From Octopus bimaculoides (lineage: Eukaryota), in the NCBI RefSeq assembly GCF_001194135.2, contig NC_068984.1:100931079-100963507 (forward strand): a stretch of 32,429 nt of DNA, given 5' to 3'. Numbering within the stretch: the first letter of the stretch is position 1; each line of letters opens with the position of its first letter. The position numbers and the translations under genes were made by a program. The notes beneath the pieces were generated by a model. That model searched no databases, had not been told where the DNA came from, and worked only from the letters and a program-made list of their open reading frames with translations. Positions 21,646 to 32,429 of this stretch are shown piece by piece.

Positions 21646-22033
21646 TGTAGAGTAACTCTAGTAGAGCTGGAATGTCATGGGGTTTCATAGTTATATCGCC
21701 ATATTGGAATGAAACTGGACATTGAAAGGACAGCAAGAATAATGATTAGTGAACCTCAGAGTAATGCCAAAAATATCGTAGAGACACCTGTGAGAAAGAT
21801 CGAAGTTGAGATCAAAGGACAAATTCTCAGCAGGAAGAGAAACTAAGTAGTTGCTGCGTGATTAGTATCATGGTTTGTGTGAGACTTCGTGGATGGCAGA
21901 GAGGAAAGAAAAGCGTGCAGCAATGAGCGTTGAAAGAACCTAGATATCCAGATATTACCTGATATACAGGAACATAACTATGTCCGCGCGCGCGTGTGTG
22001 TGTATGCGCGTGTGCGCACGGTCTCACATACAT

Positions 22034-22088
<55 letters not shown>

Positions 22089-22654
22089 CACGCACACACA
22101 TGAACTTAGAAAACATTTAGTTCATCTAAGGGAGATATTTCATCACTGATGAAATTCAACAGACAGACGGTGTTATGACTTGATGCAGATGTGAATTAAA
22201 CAACTGGTAAGAATTCCCCTAAATATACCTCATAGCGAAAATATGCATATCTACCATTATTTACCTCGCGAGACATGAAGATATTTTCTTTTCTGTTGTC
22301 CTCGTCAACTGTTGTTGGGTTTATATTTTAGGTCCTACAACATGAAATGTCGTTTCTCGATAATTTATGTTTATACACACTCGAGTAAGTAGCTTGTAGC
22401 TTAATCCTTTCTGTACCACTCGAATATTCTTTTGTGTTCTTTTGGTTTCACTTACCAGGTGGTGTTTGTCTTATAAGCATGGAATTTTGTGTCCCTTGAT
22501 AATATAAGGACAGTTGAACAAGCACAACTTCTTTATTTATGCGAATTGAAATTAGGACAAAATGCAGCAAAAGCTGAAAAGCAAAAGAAAAGAAGAATAT
22601 TTATTTGACATTTAACATGGCTTGTGTCAACCAGCAATCTGTGCACCTGTGACG

Positions 22655-22716
22655 AAGTAGGAAGTTGACTTCTCAACCACATGGTTCCGGGTTCAGTCCC
22701 TCTGTGTGGAACTTTG
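22655..22716 (+). mobile_element. SINE family A head fragment
   Basis: CAACCACATGGTTCCGGGTTCAGTCCC is shared with the family A heads. Confidence 0.7.
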
Positions 22717-23033
22717 AATAATAAAGATAAGTTCAGTCACCGACAATAAAAAAATACCATGGCGAATCCAACTTGGGATAAAGCTTCCTCTTCCCCGCAC
22801 CGCCAAATTTTTTTTTTTCGTGGACACGAATAACTGCGTATTTTTGATCTTTGTGAGTTTTCCTTTGTTAGCCCTCACCTGGCAACCCTAATCTTGTATG
22901 AGTTCCTTTTATTGCTTTTGCATCGCATCTACCAATAATGAGATAATGAGAGATGGATATTGTCAAACTCTAAGTAACGATCTCTAAGGTATAAGATGCA
23001 GCCGAATCTCCAAAACATTTTCCAAAGCAACAA

Positions 23034-23440
23034 CGCAGAAGTGGCTGTGTGGTAAGTAGCTTGCTTATCAACCACATAGTTTTGGGTTGAGTCCCATTGC
23101 GTGGCATCTTGGGCAAGTGTCTTATACTGTAGGCTCTGGCCGACCAAAGCCTTGTGAGTGGATTTGGTGGACGGAAACTGAAAGAAGCCTATCGTATATA
23201 TGTATATACATATGTATGTCTGTGTATATGTTGCGTATCTGTGTTTGTCCCCCCTCCCAACATCGCTTGACAACCGATGCTGGTGTATTTACGTCCCCGT
23301 AACTTAGTGGTTCTGCAAAAGTGACCGATAGAATAAGTACTAGGCTTACAAAGAATAAGTCCTGGGGTTGATTTGATTCGACTAAAGGCAGTGCTCCAGC
23401 ATGGCCACAGTCAAATGACTGAAACAAGTGAAAAAAAAAA
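23034..23440 (+). mobile_element. SINE family A, full length
   Basis: tRNA-like head, CORE-like segment, short internal TA/TG tract, 3' half and tail. Confidence 0.93.
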
Positions 23441-23569
23441 ACTGTAACCCGTAAAAGTTTACAGTAACTGTGATGATAGTCTTCGAACAACACAATCCTC
23501 TATACGTTCTTGTAGCAAGTGGAATTAATTACTGCAAACTCATCCTAGAAGACACCAACCATTCGTATG

Positions 23570-23950
23570 AAACACTGAGCTCAAAACAACCAAGACTGAT
23601 TAACCGAAATGGAGCAACTTCCTGGCACGATAACGCTCGACTACACTCACTCACGCACGCACACGCGCACACACGCACACATTCTCGCACACACATGCAA
23701 ACGTACACACACACACACACACATTCACACTCAAGCATACACTAACTCTTCTTGGACCACTCTTCACTAACTAAGAGAGATGGGTTATGGAAATTTACCG
23801 TGCATACCTTATATGCACCTGGCATCTCCCCAGTGGATTAACCATCTGTTCAAATACTTGAAATGGTTAATACAGAATAAAAGATTCAAGAACTGAAAAG
23901 CCGCAGTCGAAGCATTTGAGTACTTTATAATCTCAAAAGACAAAGAGTTT
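23570..23950 (+). pseudogene. Mariner transposase C-terminal fragment split by a (CA)n tract
   Basis: LSSKQPRLINRNGATSWHDNARLH (compare HDNARPH), then TLH*LREMGYGNLPCIPYMHLASP..HLFKYLK...AFEYFIISKDKEF (compare HPPYSPDLAPSDYHLF). Confidence 0.8.
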
Positions 23951-24064
23951 GTTTTTGTTTTTGTTTCTTTTTGTTTTGTTTTCTTTTTTTTTTCTCTTTT
24001 TTTTTTTTGCAATAGGAATATCTGAATATTTTAGTAAAAAACTAATGATTATAATAGAGCATAT

Positions 24065-24274
24065 TAAGGTGGCGAGCTGGCAGAATCGTTAGTACGTCAG
24101 ACAAAATGTTAAACAGTATTTCATCCGCTTTTAGGTTCTGAGTTCAGATTCCACCAAAGTCGACTTTATCTTTCGGGGCCAATAAAATAAGTACCAGCTG
24201 AGTACTGTAGTCGATGTAATGGAATTAGCCATCCCCTGAAATTTCTGTCCTTGTTCCAAATTTTAAAACCAATA
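24065..24274 (+). mobile_element. SINE family B, full length
   Basis: TAAGGTGGCGAGCTGGCAGAATCGTTAG...GAGTTCAGATTCC...AATAAAATAAGTACCAG...TTTTAAAACCAAT. Confidence 0.9.
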
Positions 24275-24407
24275 AAATGGAGCATATTATGATTAAATAA
24301 ATTAGTTTAATTTCGTCTGCGTTTACTTTTTCTCTTAACAAAACGATACTTCATGCGAAACATGAACCTACTGATGCAGCCCTCTCTCTTTCTCTCTCTC
24401 CCTCTCC

Positions 24408-24438
<31 letters not shown>

Positions 24439-24621
24439 TCTCTCTCTCTCTCTCTCTCTGCAGGCGTCATGTACTCGATAAAAGGATAAAAGGAGGAAAG
24501 GCCGAAAGAATGCCTATGTCGGCTCGCAACTACATAGGCGCCTAAAACAATTTGCGAAAGCATGGTACACACCGTCCGGTTACATTTGCTAGCTTGAGGC
24601 TGCTAACTGTACTATTTATAG

Positions 24622-24969
24622 TAGTGGTTCTCATCTGATGTTCATATGACACTTGGGGATCCATGGAAGATTTTGTTGCTAAAATATATGCTCATTAACT
24701 TTATTATATTTCTATAATACACAAAATATTTTACTCTTTTACTTGTTTCAGTCATTTGACTGCGGCCATGCTGGAGCACCGCCTTTTAGTCGAGCAAATC
24801 GACCTCAGGACTTATTCTTTGGAAGCCTAGTACTTATTCTATCGGTCTCTTTTGCCAAACCGCTAAGTTACGGGAACGTAAACACACGACCATCGGTTCT
24901 CAAGTGATACTGGGGCGACAAATGCAGACACACAAACATATACACACGCATATATATATATATATATAT

Positions 24970-25012
<43 letters not shown>

Positions 25013-25307
25013 TATGTATACATATATACGACGGGCTTCTTTCCGTTTCCGTCTACCAAATCCACTCACAAGGCTTTGGTCGGCCCGAGGCTATAGTAGA
25101 AGACACTTGCCCAAGGTGCCACGCAGTGGGAATGAACACGGAACCATGTGGTTGGTAAGCAAGCTACTTATCCCACAGCCACTCCTGCGCCTATTTAATT
25201 ATAAAAATGTAATAGGATGTTTTAAAACACCAAATGGCTGAGAGAGTCCACCCGAGTAAAATAGGGTTCGAAGGGGTCCATAGGTAAAAAATGGTTGAGA
25301 ACCACTG
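24622..25307. mobile_element. hAT/Charlie-like MITE (about 220 bp) interrupted by a SINE
   Basis: TIRs TAGTGGTTCTCATCT (24622-24636) and GGTTGAGAACCACTG (25293-25307) match at 12 of 15 positions; the 8-bp TSD is not conserved. Confidence 0.65.
24732..25191 (-). mobile_element. SINE family A, full length, with TATTT target-site duplication
   Basis: Reverse complement of the 26398 copy; TATTT occurs at 24727-24731 and 25192-25196. Confidence 0.95.
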
Positions 25308-25444
25308 AACCATCGCAAAGGTTACCTTAATCCGAAAACTTAACCGATTAGTCATACATTAAACGATTCCATACAAGAAATATTAAGTGATTATTTTGTT
25401 AGTTTCTTCAGTTTTAGAGAAGTATATTTATTTCAGTGAGGTAC

Positions 25445-26020
25445 ACCGCTTCTACAGCTATCATCAGACCACTACCCACCACCATCACTACAATCATCGA
25501 TACCACCACAATCACCGCCACCACCTCAACCTTCACCACCACTACAAACGCCACCACAACAATCACAGCCACCACAACCACCACCGCCACCACAACCATC
25601 ACCGCCACCACAACCTCCACCGCTACCATAACCATGACCACCGCCACCAACGCCACCACAATTATCACAACTACCATCAACAACAACNNNNNNNNNNNNN
25701 NNNNNNNNNNNNNNNNNNNNNNNNNNNNNNNNNNNNNNNNNNNNNNNNNNNNNNNNNNNNNNNNNNNNNNNNNNNNNNNNNNNNNNNNNNNNNNNNNNNN
25801 NNNNNNNNNNNNNNNNNNNNNNNNNNNNNNNNNNNNNNNNNNNNNNNNNNNNNNNNNNNNNNNNNNNNNNNNNNNNNNNNNNNNNNNNNNNNNNNNNNNN
25901 NNNNNNNNNNNNNNNNNNNNNNNNNNNNNNNNCCACTATCACCACCACCACCACCGCTACCTCAACCACACCACTACCACCACAGCCGCTGCCACCACTA
26001 CCACTGCCACCACCACTACT
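25445..26020. repeat. (CAC/ACC/AAC) mosaic trinucleotide tract spanning an assembly gap (N 25688-25932)
   Basis: Read directly. Confidence 0.9.
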
Positions 26021-26397
26021 TAGCCAACAGAGGTCTTTCAGTATTAGTTTAGAGCAGCATATCTGTACCACCCGACTGGATAAAAAGCCACACTGTTGTC
26101 CTTGTATAAAATAACACCCAAGCATCTCCCCTCTTTCTCTCTGTTCTCCACGGCTCCACGCAAAATAGCCCATCCCTGTCTCCCATCTGTCTACCCCACA
26201 AACGCCGTATTTATCCTGCATACTTCATAAACTGCTCAAAGAGGTATAAACAGCAGCGAGATCTCCATCAAATCGTACTTTACCATCCGAGCCTAGTAAA
26301 AAGACAGATTAGATAATATAGTCTTAAATATTCCTAAAAGTCAGGATGGTCACAGCTGAAATGCATGTATTTCATCATAATTCTACACACTTCTATA

Positions 26398-26562
26398 GGC
26401 GCAGGAGTGGCTGTGTGGTTAGTAGCTTGCTTACCAACCACATGGTACCGGGTTCAGTCCCACTGTGTGGCACCTTGGACAAGTCTTTTCTACTATAGCC
26501 TCAGGCCGACCAAAGCCTTGTGGGTGGATTTGGTAGACGGAAACTGAAAGAAGCCCGTCGTA

Positions 26563-26641
<79 letters not shown>

Positions 26642-26850
26642 TTGTGTGTCTGTGTTTGTACCCCCAACATCGCTTGACAACCGATGGCGGTATGTTTACG
26701 TCCCCGTAACTTAGCGGTTCGGCAAAAGAGACGGATTGAATAATTACTAGGCTTACAAAGAATAAGTCCTGGGGTCGATGTACTCGACAAAAGCGGTGCT
26801 CCAGCATGGCCGCAGTCAAATGACTGAAACAAGTAAAAGAGTAAAAGAGT
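26398..26850 (+). mobile_element. SINE family A, full length, with long internal (TA)n
   Basis: GGCGCAGGAGTGGCTGTGTGG head through the GTAAAAGAGTAAAAGAGT tail. Confidence 0.95.
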
Positions 26851-27583
26851 AATCCAGACAGATTTGTGATTAAACAACCACAACAATGCATAGTAATACA
26901 GCATCGGACCTCTTATCCGACTTCCAGAAATCCGAAATTTGCAGAAATCTGGGAATACTGTGCAATATCATGCAATATGCCGCATCGAGTAAATAGACCC
27001 TGTTTTTGAAGTTTGTTAATTTCAATACAGTGTGTTAAAAACAGTTTTGTTCTTCACTTTATTCAAGTGGATTGATAAAGATTAAACATACTCTGCTTTA
27101 GAAGTGTATTAATATTTACGAGCACCTCTTAAAATAAAATCATGTTTTACTTTTCTTTGTTCAATTTTCATCCTATAAACATGCATGATATATTTTTAGT
27201 ATTTTAAGTGGCTTATTAGATATCAAACACATCCTGTTTTAGATGTGTGTTAATTTGAATCTGTTGAATACTATTTAGTTCTTTACTTTCCTTTATTTTA
27301 CATTTTAAGTATATATCTAAGTATATATATATATTATATTTTAAGTATATATTTAAGTATATATATATATATATATATTATATTTTAAGTATATAGTTAA
27401 GTATGTGTCCAGAAAACAGGAATATTCAGAGAGCGAGGACACCGGATAATTGATCTGGTACTATACTACTTACTATCAACTGACATGGCACAATGTTGTA
27501 CTATTTTAATATTAGATGGCGGAGGTGCGTAGTTTAGTGGATAAAGGTGTTGCACTCATGATCGTAAGATTGTAGCTTCGATT

Positions 27584-27774
27584 AAGGCGGCGAACAGGCA
27601 GAATCGTTAGCACCCCAGGCAAAATGCCATATTTCTTTAGGTTCTGAGTTCAAATGCCACCGTAATTGATTTTGTATTTCATTGTTCCTGGGTCGATAAA
27701 ATAAATACCAGTTGATGTAATTGACTTACCCCTACCCCACAACTGTTGGCTTTGTGCCCAGATTTGAAAGCAAT
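27584..27774 (+). mobile_element. SINE family B (nested copy 1)
   Basis: AAGGCGGCGAACAGGCAGAATCGTTAGCAC...GGGTCGATAAAATAAATACCAG...GATTTGAAAGCAAT. Confidence 0.88.
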
Positions 27775-27789
27775 ATTCTAGTTTCGAAT

Positions 27790-28039
27790 AAGGCGGCGAG
27801 CTGGTAGAATCGTTAACACGCCAGGCAAAATGCTTAGCGGTATTTATGTTCTGTCTTCATGTTCTGAGTTCAAATTCCGCCGAAGTTGATTTTGTCTTTC
27901 ATCGTTTCGGGGTCGATAAAATAAGTATCAGTATAGCACTGAGATCGATAAAATAAGCACCAGCAGATCACTGGCGTCGATGTAATCGACTTAAGCCTCC
28001 CTTGAAATTGCTAACTTAGTGTTAAAATTTCAAACTAAT
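27790..28039 (+). mobile_element. SINE family B (nested copy 2, with an internal duplication of about 33 bp)
   Basis: AAGGCGGCGAGCTGGTAGAATCG...; TCGATAAAATAAG occurs twice. Confidence 0.9.
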
Positions 28040-28669
28040 ATTGCAGTTTCGATTTCTGGACCAGGTAATGCGTGGTATTCATAAGCAAAACACTTCATTT
28101 CACATTGTTCCAGTTTACTCAACCGGTAAAAGTGAATATTATTGCGACGGACCGGTGTCCTGTCCGTAGTAGTAGTGGAGGATATATATATGCTACAGAA
28201 TCCGGAAACCAGCCTTATAACCTATGGTTTGAGGAGGCCATTTGATACCTTTTTGAGTGAGGAGGGATGAGTAATACACCGCTACTAGTTAATACCTCAT
28301 ATCACGAAATCAAAACATCACACCAGTAATACAGCATCACTATGCCAGCCCGTGATACCCACCACATCACACTACCACCACAACCAACACCACTATCACT
28401 CCATTACCACCACACAGCCTTAGCTCTACACTATAATCCACCACTACCACTACACTTTCACAGCACATTCACACCACTGCTACACCAAGCCTGCCACATC
28501 AGATCACCACTATAAAAGTATGATCGTACCACCGCCACCACCAAACAAACCACTACCACCTCACTACTTCACCATCATTATGCTGCAACCATTACAACAT
28601 TACAATTGTCTACTGAATACAAATGTCCTTTATTGGTTTCCGTATGTGAATGTATGTATATGTGTTGTT

Positions 28670-29165
<496 letters not shown>

Positions 29166-29734
29166 TTATCTCTTCCTTCCAAGCTGGCAGTCACTTCTCA
29201 GCTGCCAACATAAACAAACAAACAACAGCAAGACAACACTCACAATGTTTTCTTTATTTGTCAGAAGGGCGCCTTAAAATAAAGTTGGTCTCTACGTAAC
29301 GGAACCAAGCAAAGACCCCGTCAGAGAGAAATACTAAGAAATAAACTGCAATGCATTACATATATTTGATCATATTTATGGTTAGGTAGATAAGAAACTC
29401 GCTCCGCATTTATGTTAGTTCGGTTTCGACCCCTCTGCACAGCACAGTGCTCTAGGCAAGGGTCGTCTAATGGATAAAAGTCTTCTCAAGAAGTCTTGTT
29501 TGACCAATACTTTGTCTGTAAAGTTTTGATTGGCAGAAAAAGTGAAAAACGCCATTGTTCACCCCTTCCCCCCGCAGGCTCGGACATGCACATACAATCA
29601 TTTCACACAAACACGCGCGCGCATATGTGTGTGCGTGTATATATGAATCACAAATCAACAGGAATAACGCAATCTCTTTTATTAACTTGCATTTTAGAAT
29701 CTTTGTAGCTAAGAGAAATCATACTATACATATA

Positions 29735-29837
29735 CGAGAGGTGTATGAAAAGTCTTGAGCCTCAAAAAAAAAACATGGTATAAGAATTTTGATGAAGGTA
29801 CAAAACTTCAAGGCTCAAAACTTTTCAAGCACCCTCG
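29735..29837. mobile_element. 103-bp mariner-type MITE
   Basis: TIRs CGAGAGGTGTATGAAAAGTCTTGAGCCT and AGGCTCAAAACTTTTCAAGCACCCTCG; TA on the left, AA on the right. Confidence 0.75.
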
Positions 29838-29861
29838 AATATGTATATATATATATATATA

Positions 29862-30831
29862 NNNNNNNNNNNNNNNNNNNNNNNNNNNNNNNNNNNNNNN
29901 NNNNNNNNNNNNNNNNNNNNNNNNNNNNNNNNNNNNNNNNNNNNNNNNNNNNNNNNNNNNNNNNNNNNNNNNNNNNNNNNNNNNNNNNNNNNNNNNNNNN
30001 NNNNNNNNNNNNNNNNNNNNNNNNNNNNNNNNNNNNNNNNNNNNNNNNNNNNNNNNNNNNNNNNNNNNNNNNNNNNNNNNNNNNNNNNNNNNNNNNNNNN
30101 NNNNNNNNNNNNNNNNNNNNNNNNNNNNNNNNNNNNNNNNNNNNNNNNNNNNNNNNNNNNNNNNNNNNNNNNNNNNNNNNNNNNNNNNNNNNNNNNNNNN
30201 NNNNNNNNNNNNNNNNNNNNNNNNNNNNNNNNNNNNNNNNNNNNNNNNNNNNNNNNNNNNNNNNNNNNNNNNNNNNNNNNNNNNNNNNNNNNNNNNNNNN
30301 NNNNNNNNNNNNNNNNNNNNNNNNNNNNNNNNNNNNNNNNNNNNNNNNNNNNNNNNNNNNNNNNNNNNNNNNNNNNNNNNNNNNNNNNNNNNNNNNNNNN
30401 NNNNNNNNNNNNNNNNNNNNNNNNNNNNNNNNNNNNNNNNNNNNNNNNNNNNNNNNNNNNNNNNNNNNNNNNNNNNNNNNNNNNNNNNNNNNNNNNNNNN
30501 NNNNNNNNNNNNNNNNNNNNNNNNNNNNNNNNNNNNNNNNNNNNNNNNNNNNNNNNNNNNNNNNNNNNNNNNNNNNNNNNNNNNNNNNNNNNNNNNNNNN
30601 NNNNNNNNNNNNNNNNNNNNNNNNNNNNNNNNNNNNNNNNNNNNNNNNNNNNNNNNNNNNNNNNNNNNNNNNNNNNNNNNNNNNNNNNNNNNNNNNNNNN
30701 NNNNNNNNNNNNNNNNNNNNNNNNNNNNNNNNNNNNNNNNNNNNNNNNNNNNNNNNNNNNNNNNNNNNNNNNNNNNNNNNNNNNNNNNNNNNNNNNNNNN
30801 NNNNNNNNNNNNNNNNNNNNNNNNNNNNNNN
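29862..30831. other. Assembly gap (N)
   Basis: Run of N. Confidence 1.
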
Positions 30832-32010
30832 GTGCGTGCGTGTGGCGGGAATATTCAGCAATCAGCAGAGAACACTCAAGAAATATGGAAGCTCCTTTTC
30901 CACCTATATTCAAAACAACTGGAAAAGATTTCCCGATGACTGCTTCATCCTCTGAAATGAAACTATAGGAAAACTTAACGAATTCCAAACACTTCTAGAT
31001 GGAATGAATGAAAACCTCCAATTTACGATAGAGTACAACCAGGAACAACTACCGTTTTTAGATATCTTTATTAAGAAAGTCGGGAACAATATAGAGATAG
31101 ATATCTGTTACAAACCCACGGACTCGAAACAGTACCTGCCATTTGATTCTTGTCACCCGAAACACACCAGGATAAATATCCCCTTTAGTTTAGCCAAAAG
31201 AATTATGCGCAATAGTATCAGACGCAAACACCAGTTACACACGAATCCAGGAACTGAAAACCACACTCAACAATAGGAATTACCCACAACTCTTAAACAA
31301 CAATACGCTCCATTGAGTACTTAAATTAAATACACAAGAACTTAGACAACCAAGACAAAAGAAAGAAGAAAAGTTGAAAACCCTGCCTTACATTTCTACA
31401 CACAACCCACATAATAATGAGGCATTCAACACTATATTCTACAGCACAACTCTACTCAAGAGAGACCCAAAGATGAATCAAATCCTCAAAACAAACAAAA
31501 TTATCAAAAGTAAGAGACAACCAAAATCAATGAAAAAGATTTTAACTCAGGCCAAATTACACTCTACAATAACCACTAAGTAGACAGTAAAAAAAAATGC
31601 AGGAGACCCAACTGTGAGATTTGTATCAACATAATAGAAGGATCAGAACACCGATTAGAACAAGGCGATAATTTCACCAATAAAAGCTAATTTTACATGT
31701 GCACCGGAGAACTTGATTTACTTAATTATATGCTCAGGATGTAAACGCCAATATATATATTGGACACACAAAAAACAGCTTACGCCAGAGGATGGCTGTG
31801 CACAAATCTCAAATTAGGATTCCGGAATACAGGAAAATACCTCTCAGCCAGCACATCGATGAATGTGCATCCAACAAATTTCCCAAATTCACAACATTTC
31901 CACTATACAAATTCAAAGACAATGCTAGCCAAAATGAACGCATTAGCAAGGAAATACATTTATTTCATAAGAAAATATCGACCGCGTCTAAATTCTCTAA
32001 ATTAGCAACA
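30832..32010 (+). pseudogene. Penelope-like element (Neptune-like): RT C-terminus, thumb, Cys linker and GIY-YIG endonuclease
   Basis: WKRFPDDCFIL, LQFTIEYNQEQLPFLDIFI, YKPTDSKQYLPFDSCHPKHTRINIPFSLAKRI, CRRPNCEIC, FTCAPENLIYLIICSGCKRQY-IG, RQRMAVH, PLSQHIDEC, ending FIRKYRPRLNSLN* before (TA)n(GA)n. Confidence 0.9.
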
Positions 32011-32429
32011 TTGAGATTTATATATATATATAGAGAGAGAGAGAGACTTTCAAATTTATCAGAATATCGGACTAAGGATTGGAATAGGGATTTTTCATTC
32101 TCTTAACCATGAAACGATCGTATCCGATTAACTAAAGACTTGTTTTGTTTATGCTTTCCCCTCCGGTTTTTTGTTCTATGTGTGCCATAAATATCGCCAT
32201 CCATTTAGAGAAAAATTTGTAGTTTAGAATCAGTAGTTCTTTGACTGCTATTTCTAAATTTTCAGTATGTTGGAGAAGCAACTCAATGCTAATCCCTGTA
32301 TATTTATGATGATAAATGATTTTACCGATAAAGGTTTTTTCATACTGAACTACTTGGCAAAATTGTTAATTATTAATTCTATTATTAATTGACGATTCCC
32401 TGCCCTTATTCTTGTATATTTTATATTTG

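Larger units (their letters stand above)
27521..28235 (+). mobile_element. SINE family C (tRNA head plus V-domain-like segment) interrupted by two family B copies
   Basis: The head GGAGGTGCGTAGTTTAGTGG...TTCGATT (27521-27583) resumes at 28040 with TTCGATTTCTGGACC...ATAAGCAAAACACTTCATTTCACATTGTTCCAG. The right boundary is approximate. Confidence 0.7.

Noticed and set aside
22137-22155. Palindrome ATTTCATCA-C-TGATGAAAT containing CTGATGA, considered as a hammerhead
   Set aside because: There is no stem II/GAAA/stem III arrangement; the motif is only a short palindrome.
22332-22384. Plus-strand pseudo-exon (TTTTAG|...|GTAAGT, 53 nt)
   Set aside because: Not frame-preserving, no recognisable peptide, and no compatible partner exon; a likely chance match.
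27295-27405. AT-rich tandem repeat of about 40 bp (TTTTAAGTATATAT...)
   Set aside because: Local slippage duplication around (TA)n with no further structure.
1234-28235. tRNA genes
   Set aside because: The A/B boxes belong to SINE heads that continue into SINE bodies; I could not fold a full cloverleaf.
30952-30960. In-frame TGA in the Penelope RT as selenocysteine (as in some Naiad PLEs)
   Set aside because: It aligns to the Trp of DDCFILW (TGG>TGA), not to a Cys, and the element has other disabling lesions.

Overview
Repeat-saturated, AT-rich animal genomic DNA with five assembly gaps. It is most likely from an octopus (inference from the tRNA-derived SINE families and extreme microsatellite density; no database was searched). 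I recognise no host protein-coding gene, tRNA or rRNA gene, and almost all ORF-track entries are microsatellite or N-gap artefacts. The real coding signal is transposon fossils: a Dong/R4-type RT (19.5-21.3 kb), two Penelope-like elements with GIY-YIG endonucleases (17.5-18.9 kb; 30.8-32.0 kb), three RTE fragments (one a 3' end with three C2H2-type fingers), a mariner fragment and a faint L1-like endonuclease. There are also about 20 full or partial SINE copies from three families and two MITEs. The best leads are: (1) a type I hammerhead ribozyme fold in a Penelope pseudo-LTR (18697-18777), with further degenerate cores at 3.0 and 9.5-9.8 kb; (2) a gap-free 57-bp hairpin (7985-8121) with plus-strand G.U bias, downstream of a strong 3' splice site; (3) two SINEs bracketed by three copies of a 15-bp target inside another SINE's tRNA head; (4) a 60-bp minisatellite carrying an everted TGACCA/TGGTCA pair. 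I see no convincing evidence of a wholly new biological system.
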